Below are positions 56,122-64,000 of a DNA stretch of 64,000 nucleotides, piece by piece. The notes beneath the pieces are model-generated. The model ran no database searches. It was not told the DNA's origin and saw only the letters and a program-made list of their open reading frames with translations. Made by a program: the position numbers and the translations under genes. The stretch's first letter is position 1, and every line of letters begins with the position of its first letter. This stretch comes from an uncultured Flavobacterium sp. Lineage in GTDB: Bacteria; Bacteroidota; Bacteroidia; Flavobacteriales; Flavobacteriaceae. The stretch covers positions 13,370 through 77,369 of the forward strand of contig CAZNWY010000006.1 of the NCBI GenBank assembly GCA_964577105.1. The letters run 5' to 3'.

Positions 56122-57402
56122 ATGGAGAAAGAAAACCCATCATCCATTACTAATTCTGGTTTTTTTTATAAAAATCCTTCTTTAAAGATTAGGGAATTTA
56201 GAGCTTTTCTGATGACAAGGTTGGGAATCATATTTGCGTTAAATATGCAATCAACCATTTTGTATTTTTGGGTCTATCAAATAACCAATAATAAGTTATC
56301 ATTGGGCTTTGTTGGATTAGCAGAAGTTATTCCAGCCATTGGATGCTCTTTAATAGCAGGGCATTATGTAGATCAAAGTGAAAAACGAAAGATGGTCATA
56401 AAATGCCTTTCGGGATATTTAATTACGGCAATTTGTTTGTTTGTATTAGCATTACCTTTAGTTGAAAAAGAATTGTCTGTATCTCTAATCGTCGGATTAA
56501 TTTATGTATTGGTCTTTTTAGGCGGTATCATGCGTTCGTTTTTTGCACCTTCTATGTTTTCATTATTTGGATTGATAGTGCCTAGAGAACATTATCCCAA
56601 TGCAACCAGTTGGAGCAGTATGTCGTGGCAAATGGGCGCCGTTATCGGACCATTAGTGGCTGGTGCTTTTATCGCTTGGTTTGGAATAGTTGAAGGATTA
56701 TTTGCCGTAATTTGTTTCTTAATAATTATGTTTTTGCCCTTACTTTCTATCAAAGTCAAACCGATTCTTAAAAAAGAAAAAGAGCCTGTTTTACAGAGCA
56801 TTCGTGAAGGTTTGAAGTTTGTTGTGCGTACACCAACACTTTTAGGAGCACAACTTTTGGATATGTTTTCGGTTTTGTTTGGAGGTGCTGTGGCTCTGTT
56901 GCCTGTTTATCAAAAAGAAATACTGCACGTTAATGAAATGGGCTTCGGAATTCTGCGTGCTGCACCCGGAATTGGAGCTATAGTTACGCTTGGTTTGCTC
57001 GCATTTTTACCATTAAAAACACAACCAGGGAAAAAGTTATTTATTTGTGTTACAGGATTTGCGTTGTCTATAATTGTTTTCGGGATTTCAACTAATTTTT
57101 ACTTGTCTTTTTTGATGTTACTTTTTTCAGGAATGTTTGATGCCGTTAGTGTGGTAATCAGAAGTACCATATTACAATTGGTCACACCCGATGACATGCG
57201 CGGTAGAGTATCGGCTGTGAATACTATTTTTGTGAGTTCTTCAAATGAGTTTGGCGATTTTGAAAGTGGTGTTATGGCCAATTGGTTAGGTACCGTTAGA
57301 GCCGTTGTTACAGGTGGCGTTTTGACACTAGGCGTCATTGCTTTTACATATGCTAAAGTACCTAAATTACGCAATTTTACCTTCGAAGATAATAAGAAAT
57401 AA
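56122..57402 (+). CDS. MFS transporter
   Basis: 426 aa with about 12 TM helices and an MFS_3/EntS-like layout. Confidence 0.85.
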   Translation: MEKENPSSITNSGFFYKNPSLKIREFRAFLMTRLGIIFALNMQSTILYFWVYQITNNKLSLGFVGLAEVIPAIGCSLIAGHYVDQSEKRKMVIKCLSGYLITAICLFVLALPLVEKELSVSLIVGLIYVLVFLGGIMRSFFAPSMFSLFGLIVPREHYPNATSWSSMSWQMGAVIGPLVAGAFIAWFGIVEGLFAVICFLIIMFLPLLSIKVKPILKKEKEPVLQSIREGLKFVVRTPTLLGAQLLDMFSVLFGGAVALLPVYQKEILHVNEMGFGILRAAPGIGAIVTLGLLAFLPLKTQPGKKLFICVTGFALSIIVFGISTNFYLSFLMLLFSGMFDAVSVVIRSTILQLVTPDDMRGRVSAVNTIFVSSSNEFGDFESGVMANWLGTVRAVVTGGVLTLGVIAFTYAKVPKLRNFTFEDNKK

Positions 57403-57551
57403 CAGGTTTAAATTTGCAAATAGTAAACATACTAAATGTTGTGATCAAACTATTTGTTAGCCAAACTTAAATATGTCGTGTTTTTTTATAATTTTACCAG
57501 ATGCGGTACTATTGTAGTAAACCGATTATTTCTCACTTTTATAATCAAAAT

Positions 57552-58205
57552 ATGAAGAACTCTTTTTTCTTTTTTTTCTTGTTATTTCTTAGCTTCACGG
57601 CACAATCACAGACCAAAGCTCTTACCGAAGATGGACGAGAAGTCGTTTTATACAATAACGGAACGTGGCGTTACCAACAAGAACAAGATAGTACCGCTGT
57701 GAATACAGCCAAAGTAGATTCGTTGCCACTGAATAAAAAAAAGTTTACACGGCCAGCAGGTTCTTCATTTTTGGTAAAAAGTAAAGCTTTTAATATTGGT
57801 ATATATATAAATCCCAGTAAATGGACTTTTGCACCGAGAAAAGATAACGAAAAAAATCCTGAATTTCGTTTTGCACTCAAATCAGATGATGCTTATGCCA
57901 TGACGGTTGCAGAATCGACAACAATTGACTTGGATAATATTAGAGATATTGCTTTGCTAAATGCACAAAAAGTGTCTTTAGATGTTAAAGAAACATTTGC
58001 AGAATATCGAATGGTGAACGGTTTAAAAGTACTTTGTCTTCAATTTAAAGGAACAATAAAAGGAATTAAGTTTGTATACTACGGTTACTATTATTCCAAT
58101 GCCAACGGTACTATTCAGATGATTGGTTACACGAGCCAACAGAAGTTTGAATCACTTAAATCAGAAATAGAGAATTTTCTAAATGGTTTGGTAGAAATTA
58201 ATTAA
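57552..58205 (+). CDS. hypothetical secreted protein
   Basis: I prefer the ATG at 57552 (MKNSFFFFFLLFLSFTAQSQ signal), followed by an N-terminal EDGREVVLYNNGTWRY motif. No family recognised with confidence. Confidence 0.5.
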   Translation: MKNSFFFFFLLFLSFTAQSQTKALTEDGREVVLYNNGTWRYQQEQDSTAVNTAKVDSLPLNKKKFTRPAGSSFLVKSKAFNIGIYINPSKWTFAPRKDNEKNPEFRFALKSDDAYAMTVAESTTIDLDNIRDIALLNAQKVSLDVKETFAEYRMVNGLKVLCLQFKGTIKGIKFVYYGYYYSNANGTIQMIGYTSQQKFESLKSEIENFLNGLVEIN

Positions 58206-58244
58206 ATCAAATTCATAAAGTGTTATTAATTGAAAAACACAATC

Positions 58245-58316
58245 TTGTCATTTCTACGAAGGAGAAATCACAAATAAAGATCAAAGAATGAGATTTCTCC
58301 TTCGTCGAAATGACAA
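58245..58316. repeat. REP-like palindromic element (25-bp arms, one mismatch)
   Basis: TTGTCATTTCTACGAAGGAGAAATC (58245-58269) / GATTTCTCCTTCGTCGAAATGACAA (58292-58316) with a 22-nt loop. Confidence 0.8.
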
Positions 58317-58362
58317 ATAGGATTTGTAAAAAAAATAATTATCAGAAATCTAAAATATTTAC

Positions 58363-58390
58363 AAAAAAAAATCCTCAATGAAGAGGATTT
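58363..58390 (-). terminator. rho-independent terminator of the CocE/NonD gene
   Basis: A8-AAATCCTC / GAGGATTT hairpin, 12 nt downstream of the stop, with a U-run on the minus strand. Confidence 0.75.
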
Positions 58391-58401
58391 TAGTTTTTGT
58401 G

Positions 58402-60666
58402 TTATTGTTTTAAAACAGGAAGTTCAATAGTACTTGAGCCATACCATTTTATTTTTAGCGGAATGGTTGCGTCTTTTATGGATTCGTCGCTTACATCTTT
58501 TCCAGTACCATAATTAATTTGCCAATCTTGATTTTTATTTATTCCTAATAAAATAACTATTTGACTGCCTTTTTGTAATTGTTTGCAAGCTAAAAAGTTG
58601 GTGTTTACTGGGATGTATTCTATAACATTGGGTTTTAGTAATTGTCTTTTGGTACTGTCTTTGGCTAAGCTGGCTCTTTGAATGTTATTGCTGAGTGCAA
58701 AGTATGTTCCATCGGGTCTTTTTTCATACAACTGAATCACGATATCCAGGTCTTTTTTATTACATTCCATCACCAAATTGGCACGTAAAGCTCCTGTGAT
58801 TGCCATAGTTTCTTGTAATGGTTGGCTTTCAAAAACAATGAGATCTGGGTTTTCAGGAAGTTTTTTGGGTTGCATCAATTCAAAACCACAATAGTTATTG
58901 TCGTTTGTTGCCTTAATGATGCTTCTGTCTTTAAAATCTATAGTTTGAGTAATGAAATTGAGTTTTTGGAGTTTGGAAGTAATCAAAGAATAATTTCCGT
59001 TGTTTTTAGTACTACTGATGTGAAAGGTTAGTTTATCATTCGACATTTTATCTAGGCTAGGAGCGTGGTTCCATACATTAGCTCCCATTAATTGATAATT
59101 GACTTTGTCTTTTAAAATCTCGGGTTTTGGTCCGTTTTTTAAAGTGTAATTGAACCATTGAAAAACAATTTCTTGAATTGGAATATTGGCCACTTCATCG
59201 ATAGTATAATCGTTTAAAGCTGCTTTGGGATAACCTTGCGCACCAAAGTGATCGTAGGGACCAATGAGTAGGTAGTAGTTATCGCTTTTATTCCATTTTT
59301 GGTATTGTTTGTAGTAATACAAAGCACCCAATTGATCATCGTCGTAATATCCAGTGGTAGTTAAAATTGGAATATCAATTTGGTTGAACTCTTCTTTTTG
59401 TGGCGTCATGTTTTGCCAATAACTATCGTAAGTAGGATGATTCAACCATCTTTGGAAAATAGAATTAGGTCTACCATCAATAGCATCCAATTCTCTAAAA
59501 GGTTTTCCAGAAGTATAATAGTCTTGAAAAACTTTATTCCAATGGTCGGCATTAGAAAAATCGGCTATATCAGTAAGTTTATTATTGGTTACATAATGAA
59601 TCCATCGCAACATATAACTCATAAAAACGCCATTAGCCATTGGATAATCAATTCCAATACCCACGGCAACTTGCGGTACAATTGTTTTTAAGGCTGGATG
59701 TTTTTTCTTAACGGCACTCCATTGGCTAAATCCGAGATAGCTGCCGCCATACATGCCTACTTTTCCATCGCACCATGATTGTTTACTAATCCAATCTATG
59801 ATTTCGTAGGCATCTTTAGCATCGTGTTCAAAAGGTTCGATGTCATCTTTACTCAATCGTTTGCCTCGTGTATTGGCTATGATTCCTACAAAGTCTTTGT
59901 TGACTGCTTCTTTGCAATGTGACGCATCGGCACCAGCATAGATGTTATACATCAGTACAACAGGCAGTGGTTGCGTTTGATTTTTGGGACGTACAACAGT
60001 TAGAGAAACGGTTCCACCATCAGACATGGTGAGTACAATATTTTCATCGACTGCATATTTCTCATCTGAAATTTTTTGAAGTATTTCTTTGGCTAAAGCA
60101 CTCGTATTTGAGAATGTACTATAGCTACAATAGCTTCGGCAAAGTGCTACAGCTTCTTTCAAACTTATTGTTTCTTTGTCTTCAATGGCTTTAAGTTTAT
60201 CTTCTAGGTCTTTTTTTAATTGCGCAATATCTTTTTGATAGTATTGATCGACCATAATTTTGCCATCATCATTTAAATCGTCATAAACTTTATGAAATTG
60301 GAGCACAAATACTGACTTAAAATCATCTTTATTGGCAGGATGGTTGTTTAAGGTATTGGCATAGATGCGAAACGAAAAACCTAAAGCTCGAATTGAAGTA
60401 CTGTCTTTATAGGCTTCTTGTCCTAATTCTCTAATCGTTGGAGCAATTGAAGAATAATTTTTTGCCACCAATTGCACTCTAAAAAGATTGTCTTTGTCCT
60501 CAATAGAAAGTGGTTCTTTGAATTGTTCTAATGTTTTTTTAGCCAATTCGGTTATGTTTGTGGCAAGAGCTGTACTGTCTTTGTATTGACTTTTAGGAAA
60601 ATAAAGCTGCTGGGCAAAACCAGTACAGGCAAATAAAACTGAAAGAAGTAGTATAATTTTTTTCAT
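58402..60666 (-). CDS. CocE/NonD family hydrolase (S15 X-Pro dipeptidyl-peptidase-like) with extra N-terminal helical domain
   Basis: 754 aa with a signal peptide, the nucleophile motif GGSYLGFSQW and a C-terminal beta-sandwich region. Confidence 0.75.
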   Translation of the reverse strand: MKKIILLLSVLFACTGFAQQLYFPKSQYKDSTALATNITELAKKTLEQFKEPLSIEDKDNLFRVQLVAKNYSSIAPTIRELGQEAYKDSTSIRALGFSFRIYANTLNNHPANKDDFKSVFVLQFHKVYDDLNDDGKIMVDQYYQKDIAQLKKDLEDKLKAIEDKETISLKEAVALCRSYCSYSTFSNTSALAKEILQKISDEKYAVDENIVLTMSDGGTVSLTVVRPKNQTQPLPVVLMYNIYAGADASHCKEAVNKDFVGIIANTRGKRLSKDDIEPFEHDAKDAYEIIDWISKQSWCDGKVGMYGGSYLGFSQWSAVKKKHPALKTIVPQVAVGIGIDYPMANGVFMSYMLRWIHYVTNNKLTDIADFSNADHWNKVFQDYYTSGKPFRELDAIDGRPNSIFQRWLNHPTYDSYWQNMTPQKEEFNQIDIPILTTTGYYDDDQLGALYYYKQYQKWNKSDNYYLLIGPYDHFGAQGYPKAALNDYTIDEVANIPIQEIVFQWFNYTLKNGPKPEILKDKVNYQLMGANVWNHAPSLDKMSNDKLTFHISSTKNNGNYSLITSKLQKLNFITQTIDFKDRSIIKATNDNNYCGFELMQPKKLPENPDLIVFESQPLQETMAITGALRANLVMECNKKDLDIVIQLYEKRPDGTYFALSNNIQRASLAKDSTKRQLLKPNVIEYIPVNTNFLACKQLQKGSQIVILLGINKNQDWQINYGTGKDVSDESIKDATIPLKIKWYGSSTIELPVLKQ

Positions 60667-60744
60667 AGATCAAATATAGAGTATATCGTTTTACTAATGT
60701 AAGCAATCTTATTTAAAATGAGTAAGTTATACTAAAAAAAGCAA

Positions 60745-60779
60745 TAAAAAAAACACGAATTGTAATTTATTCGTGTTTT
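60745..60779 (-). terminator. rho-independent terminator of the acyl-CoA synthetase gene
   Basis: AAACACGAAT (60751-60760) / ATTCGTGTTT (60769-60778) with a U-run on the minus strand. Confidence 0.8.
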
Positions 60780-60785
60780 ACTTCT

Positions 60786-62561
60786 TTAGGAATTATATAT
60801 TTTATCGTATAACTTCTGATATTTTTCCTTTACAATTTTACGTTTCAGTTTTAAAGTAGGAGTGAGTTCGCCACCATCAATGCTCCAAACTGTAGGTGTC
60901 AGTTCAAATTTTTTGACTTTTTCCCAATTGCCAAATTTTTCATTGTAATGATCTACTTCTTCTTGAATTTTTTGCATCACTCTGTCGTTACTGATGATTT
61001 CTTCGTTTAAATCGCCTACGTCAAACCCTTCTTGTGCTGCCCAACTTCTAATGTAATCAAAATTAGGTTGAATAAAGGCTGCAGGCATTTTTTCGCCATC
61101 ACCAATCACCATTATTTGTTCAATAAAAAGCGATTGTTTCATGGTGTTTTCAATAACTTGTGGTGCAATATATTTACCTCCAGAAGTTTTAAACATTTCT
61201 TTTTTGCGGTCTGTGATTCTCAAGAATCCTTCGACATCTATTTCGCCAATGTCGCCTGTGTGAAAATAACCGTCGTAAATGGCTTCATTGGTTAGTTTTT
61301 CATCTTTATAATATCCCATCATAACATTAGGTCCTTTACAAAGAATCTCACCATCTTCAGCAATTTTAATTTCAACATTCTGAATAGGTTTACCTACAGT
61401 ACCAACTTTAAAAAGATGGTTTCGAGTATCATTAACGGTAATCACTGGCGATGTTTCGGTTAATCCGTAACCTTCCATAACGGGCATTCCAGCTGCAGCA
61501 AATATTCTTGTCAATCGTTGTTGTAATGCAGCACTTCCCGATACCATTACCACCAAGTTGCCTCCTAAGCCTTCTTGCCATTTGCTAAAAATTAGTTTGC
61601 GAGCTAACTTTAGTTGCAATTCATACCATAATCCGTTTTTGCCATAAGGTTCGTATTTGAGACCTAAATCTACTGCCCAAAAGAATAGTTTTCGTTTTAC
61701 GCCAGTTAGTGTCGAACCTTTTTCTATGATCTTATCGTACACTTTTTCTAACAACCTAGGCACTACAGAGAATACTGTTGGTTTTACTTCTTTGATATTA
61801 TCAGAAAGTTTATCAATGCTTTCGGCAAAGTATATTGAAACAGAATAATATTGGTAAATGTATAATATAACACGCTCAAAAACATGACATACGGGTAAAA
61901 AACTTAATGCTTTACTTGAACTTTCTTCAAATGGAATTCGAGGTGCGCTATCCAATACATTTGAAACAATATTGTTGTGAGAAAGCATTACACCTTTCGG
62001 TTTTCCTGTTGTTCCAGAAGTATAAATAATGGTAGCTAATTCTTCTGGTTTGACGTTGTTTTTACGATCTTCAACCACATCTTGATTGGATTGATCTTCG
62101 CCTAAAAGTAAGAGCTCTTTCCAGTTTTTACAATCATTAATTTCGTTAAACGAGTAAACTTCCTTCAAAAAAGTTAAGTTGTTTTTAATCAAGTTTACTT
62201 TTCGAAGCACTTCTTCATCCGATACAAAACAATATTTGGCTTCACTATGATTTAAGATATATTCATAATCTTCTTCAGAAATTGTTGGATAAATAGGAAC
62301 CGTTTGCGCTCCAGTTTGTAAGGCGCCAATGTCAATAATATTCCACTCGGTTCTATTACTGGATGAAATTATGGCTATTTTATCATTTTTAGCCACACCC
62401 AGTCGGAGCAAAGCGCGTGAAATAGTATTGGATTTATCAATATATTCTTGGGTTGAGGTTTTAATCCATTCTCCGTTATATTTAGTTACAAGACAATCTA
62501 AAATATTGTTTTTTTCTAACTGATGGTAAGGAAAATCGAATAAACGCGTGATATTGCTCAT
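60786..62561 (-). CDS. long-chain fatty acid--CoA ligase (AMP-forming)
   Basis: 591 aa from the ATG at 62561 (MSNITRLFDFPYHQ...), with the AMP-binding motifs YTSGTTGKPKGVMLSH and GYGLTETS. The ORF-track N-terminal extension to 62687 looks spurious. Confidence 0.85.
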   Translation of the reverse strand: MSNITRLFDFPYHQLEKNNILDCLVTKYNGEWIKTSTQEYIDKSNTISRALLRLGVAKNDKIAIISSSNRTEWNIIDIGALQTGAQTVPIYPTISEEDYEYILNHSEAKYCFVSDEEVLRKVNLIKNNLTFLKEVYSFNEINDCKNWKELLLLGEDQSNQDVVEDRKNNVKPEELATIIYTSGTTGKPKGVMLSHNNIVSNVLDSAPRIPFEESSSKALSFLPVCHVFERVILYIYQYYSVSIYFAESIDKLSDNIKEVKPTVFSVVPRLLEKVYDKIIEKGSTLTGVKRKLFFWAVDLGLKYEPYGKNGLWYELQLKLARKLIFSKWQEGLGGNLVVMVSGSAALQQRLTRIFAAAGMPVMEGYGLTETSPVITVNDTRNHLFKVGTVGKPIQNVEIKIAEDGEILCKGPNVMMGYYKDEKLTNEAIYDGYFHTGDIGEIDVEGFLRITDRKKEMFKTSGGKYIAPQVIENTMKQSLFIEQIMVIGDGEKMPAAFIQPNFDYIRSWAAQEGFDVGDLNEEIISNDRVMQKIQEEVDHYNEKFGNWEKVKKFELTPTVWSIDGGELTPTLKLKRKIVKEKYQKLYDKIYNS

Positions 62562-62642
62562 TGTAAGTAGGATAATTTTATGCAAATTAATCAATAAATT
62601 ATATATTAACAATATATTTTTAATTATACTTGTAGTATTTAG

Positions 62643-62650
62643 TAGTTTTG
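62643..62650 (+). promoter_or_regulatory. -7 promoter motif (TAnnTTTG)
   Basis: TAGTTTTG lies 22 nt upstream of the ATG at 62672. Confidence 0.4.
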
Positions 62651-62671
62651 CACAAAAATTAGGCGCAGAAA

Positions 62672-64000
62672 ATGAATCGATTTCCAAGATTTGAAGAATA
62701 TAAAGTACTGTTTTACAGAATAGGTTTGGCCTATTTATTCTATATGATAGCTCGAGTGCTTTTCTTTATTTACAACAAGAATTTAATTAAAATTGATTCC
62801 GTTTCCGATTTTATTTTACTAGCATACCATGGCGTAGCTTTTGATACTACAACCATTCTTTATGTGAATTCGTTGTTTATCATTTTGTCCATTTTACCGC
62901 TTACGATAAATACCAAAAAAGGTTTTCAAAAGTTTTTATTTTACTTGTATTTTGTAACCAATCTGATAGCGTATACGGCCAATTTTGTAGATTTTATATA
63001 CTACAAATATACCTTCAACCGAAGTACTAGAGCGTCGTTAGATACTTTAGAAAACGAAAGCAACAAAACACGATTGTTTTTGAACTTTTTAGTAGAATAT
63101 TGGCATGTGTTTTTCTTATTCTTTTTATGCGCTTTTGTTTGGATTTATCTCTACAAAAAAGTTACCATAAAACACTACAGTCCGAAACCAACATTAAAGT
63201 TTTTCTTGGCTTCTGCAATTAGCTTTTTGTTATTTACAACTTTATGTATTGGAGGCATTCGCGGAGATTTCAGAAAAAGTACACGACCAATCAACATGCT
63301 TGATGCTAGTAGATTTGTAACCGATGCTTCACAATCTGATTTTGTATTGAATACGCCGTTTGCAATCATTAGAACTTGGAATACCAACACGTTTAAAAAA
63401 GTGAATTTGGTTGACAAAAAAACAATCGATTCGCTACTGGTTCCAGTAAAAGAATACCATAACAATCCAAAATCTAAGCCTAATATTGTAATATTTATTT
63501 TAGAAAGTTACGGAAGAGAATATATAAGTGCTTTTAATAAAGGCATTAAAGATCCTAAATATAAAGGGTATTCTCCATTTGTGGATTCGTTGGCGCAACA
63601 TAGTTTGATATTCACTAACGGATATGCTAATGGTTACAAATCCATTCACGGAATGTCGTCAGTGCTTGCCGGAATTCCTTCGTTTAAAGATGCATTTACT
63701 TCTTCACCTTATCCAAAACAAAAGATTGAATCATTGGTTTCGGTTTTAAAAAGTGAAGGTTACGATACTTCTTTTTTTCACGGTGCTCCTAATGGTTCAA
63801 TGGGATTTTTAGGTTTCGGAAACATTCTTGGTTTTGACCACTATTATGGTAAAAATGAATACAATAACGACGCCGATTTTGATGGTTCTTGGGGTATTTG
63901 GGACGAACCATTTTTCCAATATTTTAATAAAACCTTGAGCAATAAAAAAGCACCATTTATGGCTACATTGTTTTCGGTTTCATCACACGAGCCTTATGTG
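62672..64000 (+). CDS. LTA synthase / sulfatase-family membrane protein (partial, runs off the window)
   Basis: Absent from the ORF track because there is no stop in the window. The ATG at 62672 gives 443 open codons: an N-terminal multi-TM region, then an alkaline-phosphatase-superfamily core (NIVIFILESYG..., ...FSVSSHEPYV). Confidence 0.75.
   Translation, partial: MNRFPRFEEYKVLFYRIGLAYLFYMIARVLFFIYNKNLIKIDSVSDFILLAYHGVAFDTTTILYVNSLFIILSILPLTINTKKGFQKFLFYLYFVTNLIAYTANFVDFIYYKYTFNRSTRASLDTLENESNKTRLFLNFLVEYWHVFFLFFLCAFVWIYLYKKVTIKHYSPKPTLKFFLASAISFLLFTTLCIGGIRGDFRKSTRPINMLDASRFVTDASQSDFVLNTPFAIIRTWNTNTFKKVNLVDKKTIDSLLVPVKEYHNNPKSKPNIVIFILESYGREYISAFNKGIKDPKYKGYSPFVDSLAQHSLIFTNGYANGYKSIHGMSSVLAGIPSFKDAFTSSPYPKQKIESLVSVLKSEGYDTSFFHGAPNGSMGFLGFGNILGFDHYYGKNEYNNDADFDGSWGIWDEPFFQYFNKTLSNKKAPFMATLFSVSSHEPYV

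Noticed and set aside
60786-62561. Considered whether the AMP-binding enzyme is the missing MenE (o-succinylbenzoate-CoA ligase).
   Set aside because: At 591 aa with long-chain acyl-CoA synthetase-type inserts, it is much larger than typical MenE. It is also on the opposite strand, 10 kb from the men genes.
60786-62687. N-terminal extensions given by the longest-ORF track for several genes. The starts in question are 62687, 32964, 28062, 51084, 57501, 44155, 48624, 39837, 37064 and 41575.
   Set aside because: The extensions begin at TTG or other alternative codons. They precede an ATG (a TTG for 41575) that yields a canonical signal peptide or conserved N-terminus, and several would run through promoter motifs. 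I used the downstream starts.
63175-63465. 96-aa minus-strand ORF.
   Set aside because: It lies inside the open plus-strand LTA-synthase-family frame (62672 to the window end), which has clear sulfatase-superfamily motifs.

Overview
Low-GC sequence that reads as core chromosome of a Flavobacteriia-class Bacteroidota (Flavobacterium-like). The supporting cues are two proteins with type IX secretion C-terminal sorting domains, TAnnTTTG -7 promoter motifs in front of many genes, no Shine-Dalgarno sequences, and Flavobacterium-style gene neighbourhoods. I call about 64 protein-coding genes, nearly all housekeeping. They include a peroxide-defence cluster (thioredoxin, 2-Cys peroxiredoxin, KatG, an exported SOD) and a phospholipid/FtsH block (ACBP-psd-cdsA-LUD-ftsH-rsfS). 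Also present are birA, an EF-G-2-type paralog, pyrE, coaD, ddl, rluD, an RsmB-like methyltransferase, kup and an ECF sigma module. Further on are a dispersed menaquinone cluster (menD, menB, menA, menC), a MacAB-like ABC exporter, a pentapeptide-repeat protein, guaC, an MFS transporter, a CocE/NonD hydrolase, an acyl-CoA synthetase and a partial LTA-synthase-family gene. I found no rRNA, tRNA, CRISPR array, transposase, integrase or phage genes, and no convincing multi-gene defence or toxin system; the window looks ordinary. The observations I consider most worth follow-up: (1) a phase-locked 8-nt CTNAG repeat array filling the spacer before menC (49876-50008); (2) a secreted protein with about 19 xPR motifs and a Gly/Arg tail (31495-32847); (3) a PETase/cutinase-like hydrolase with a T9SS sorting domain and Cys residues next to the catalytic Asp and His (28188-29363); (4) a translationally coupled YdbS/YdbT-type bPH membrane pair, plus a third bPH protein, inside the men cluster; (5) a Nudix gene cut by an in-frame TAG (19763-20374); (6) a 25-bp-arm REP-like palindrome (58245-58316). 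All family calls come from motif recognition by eye; no searches were run.
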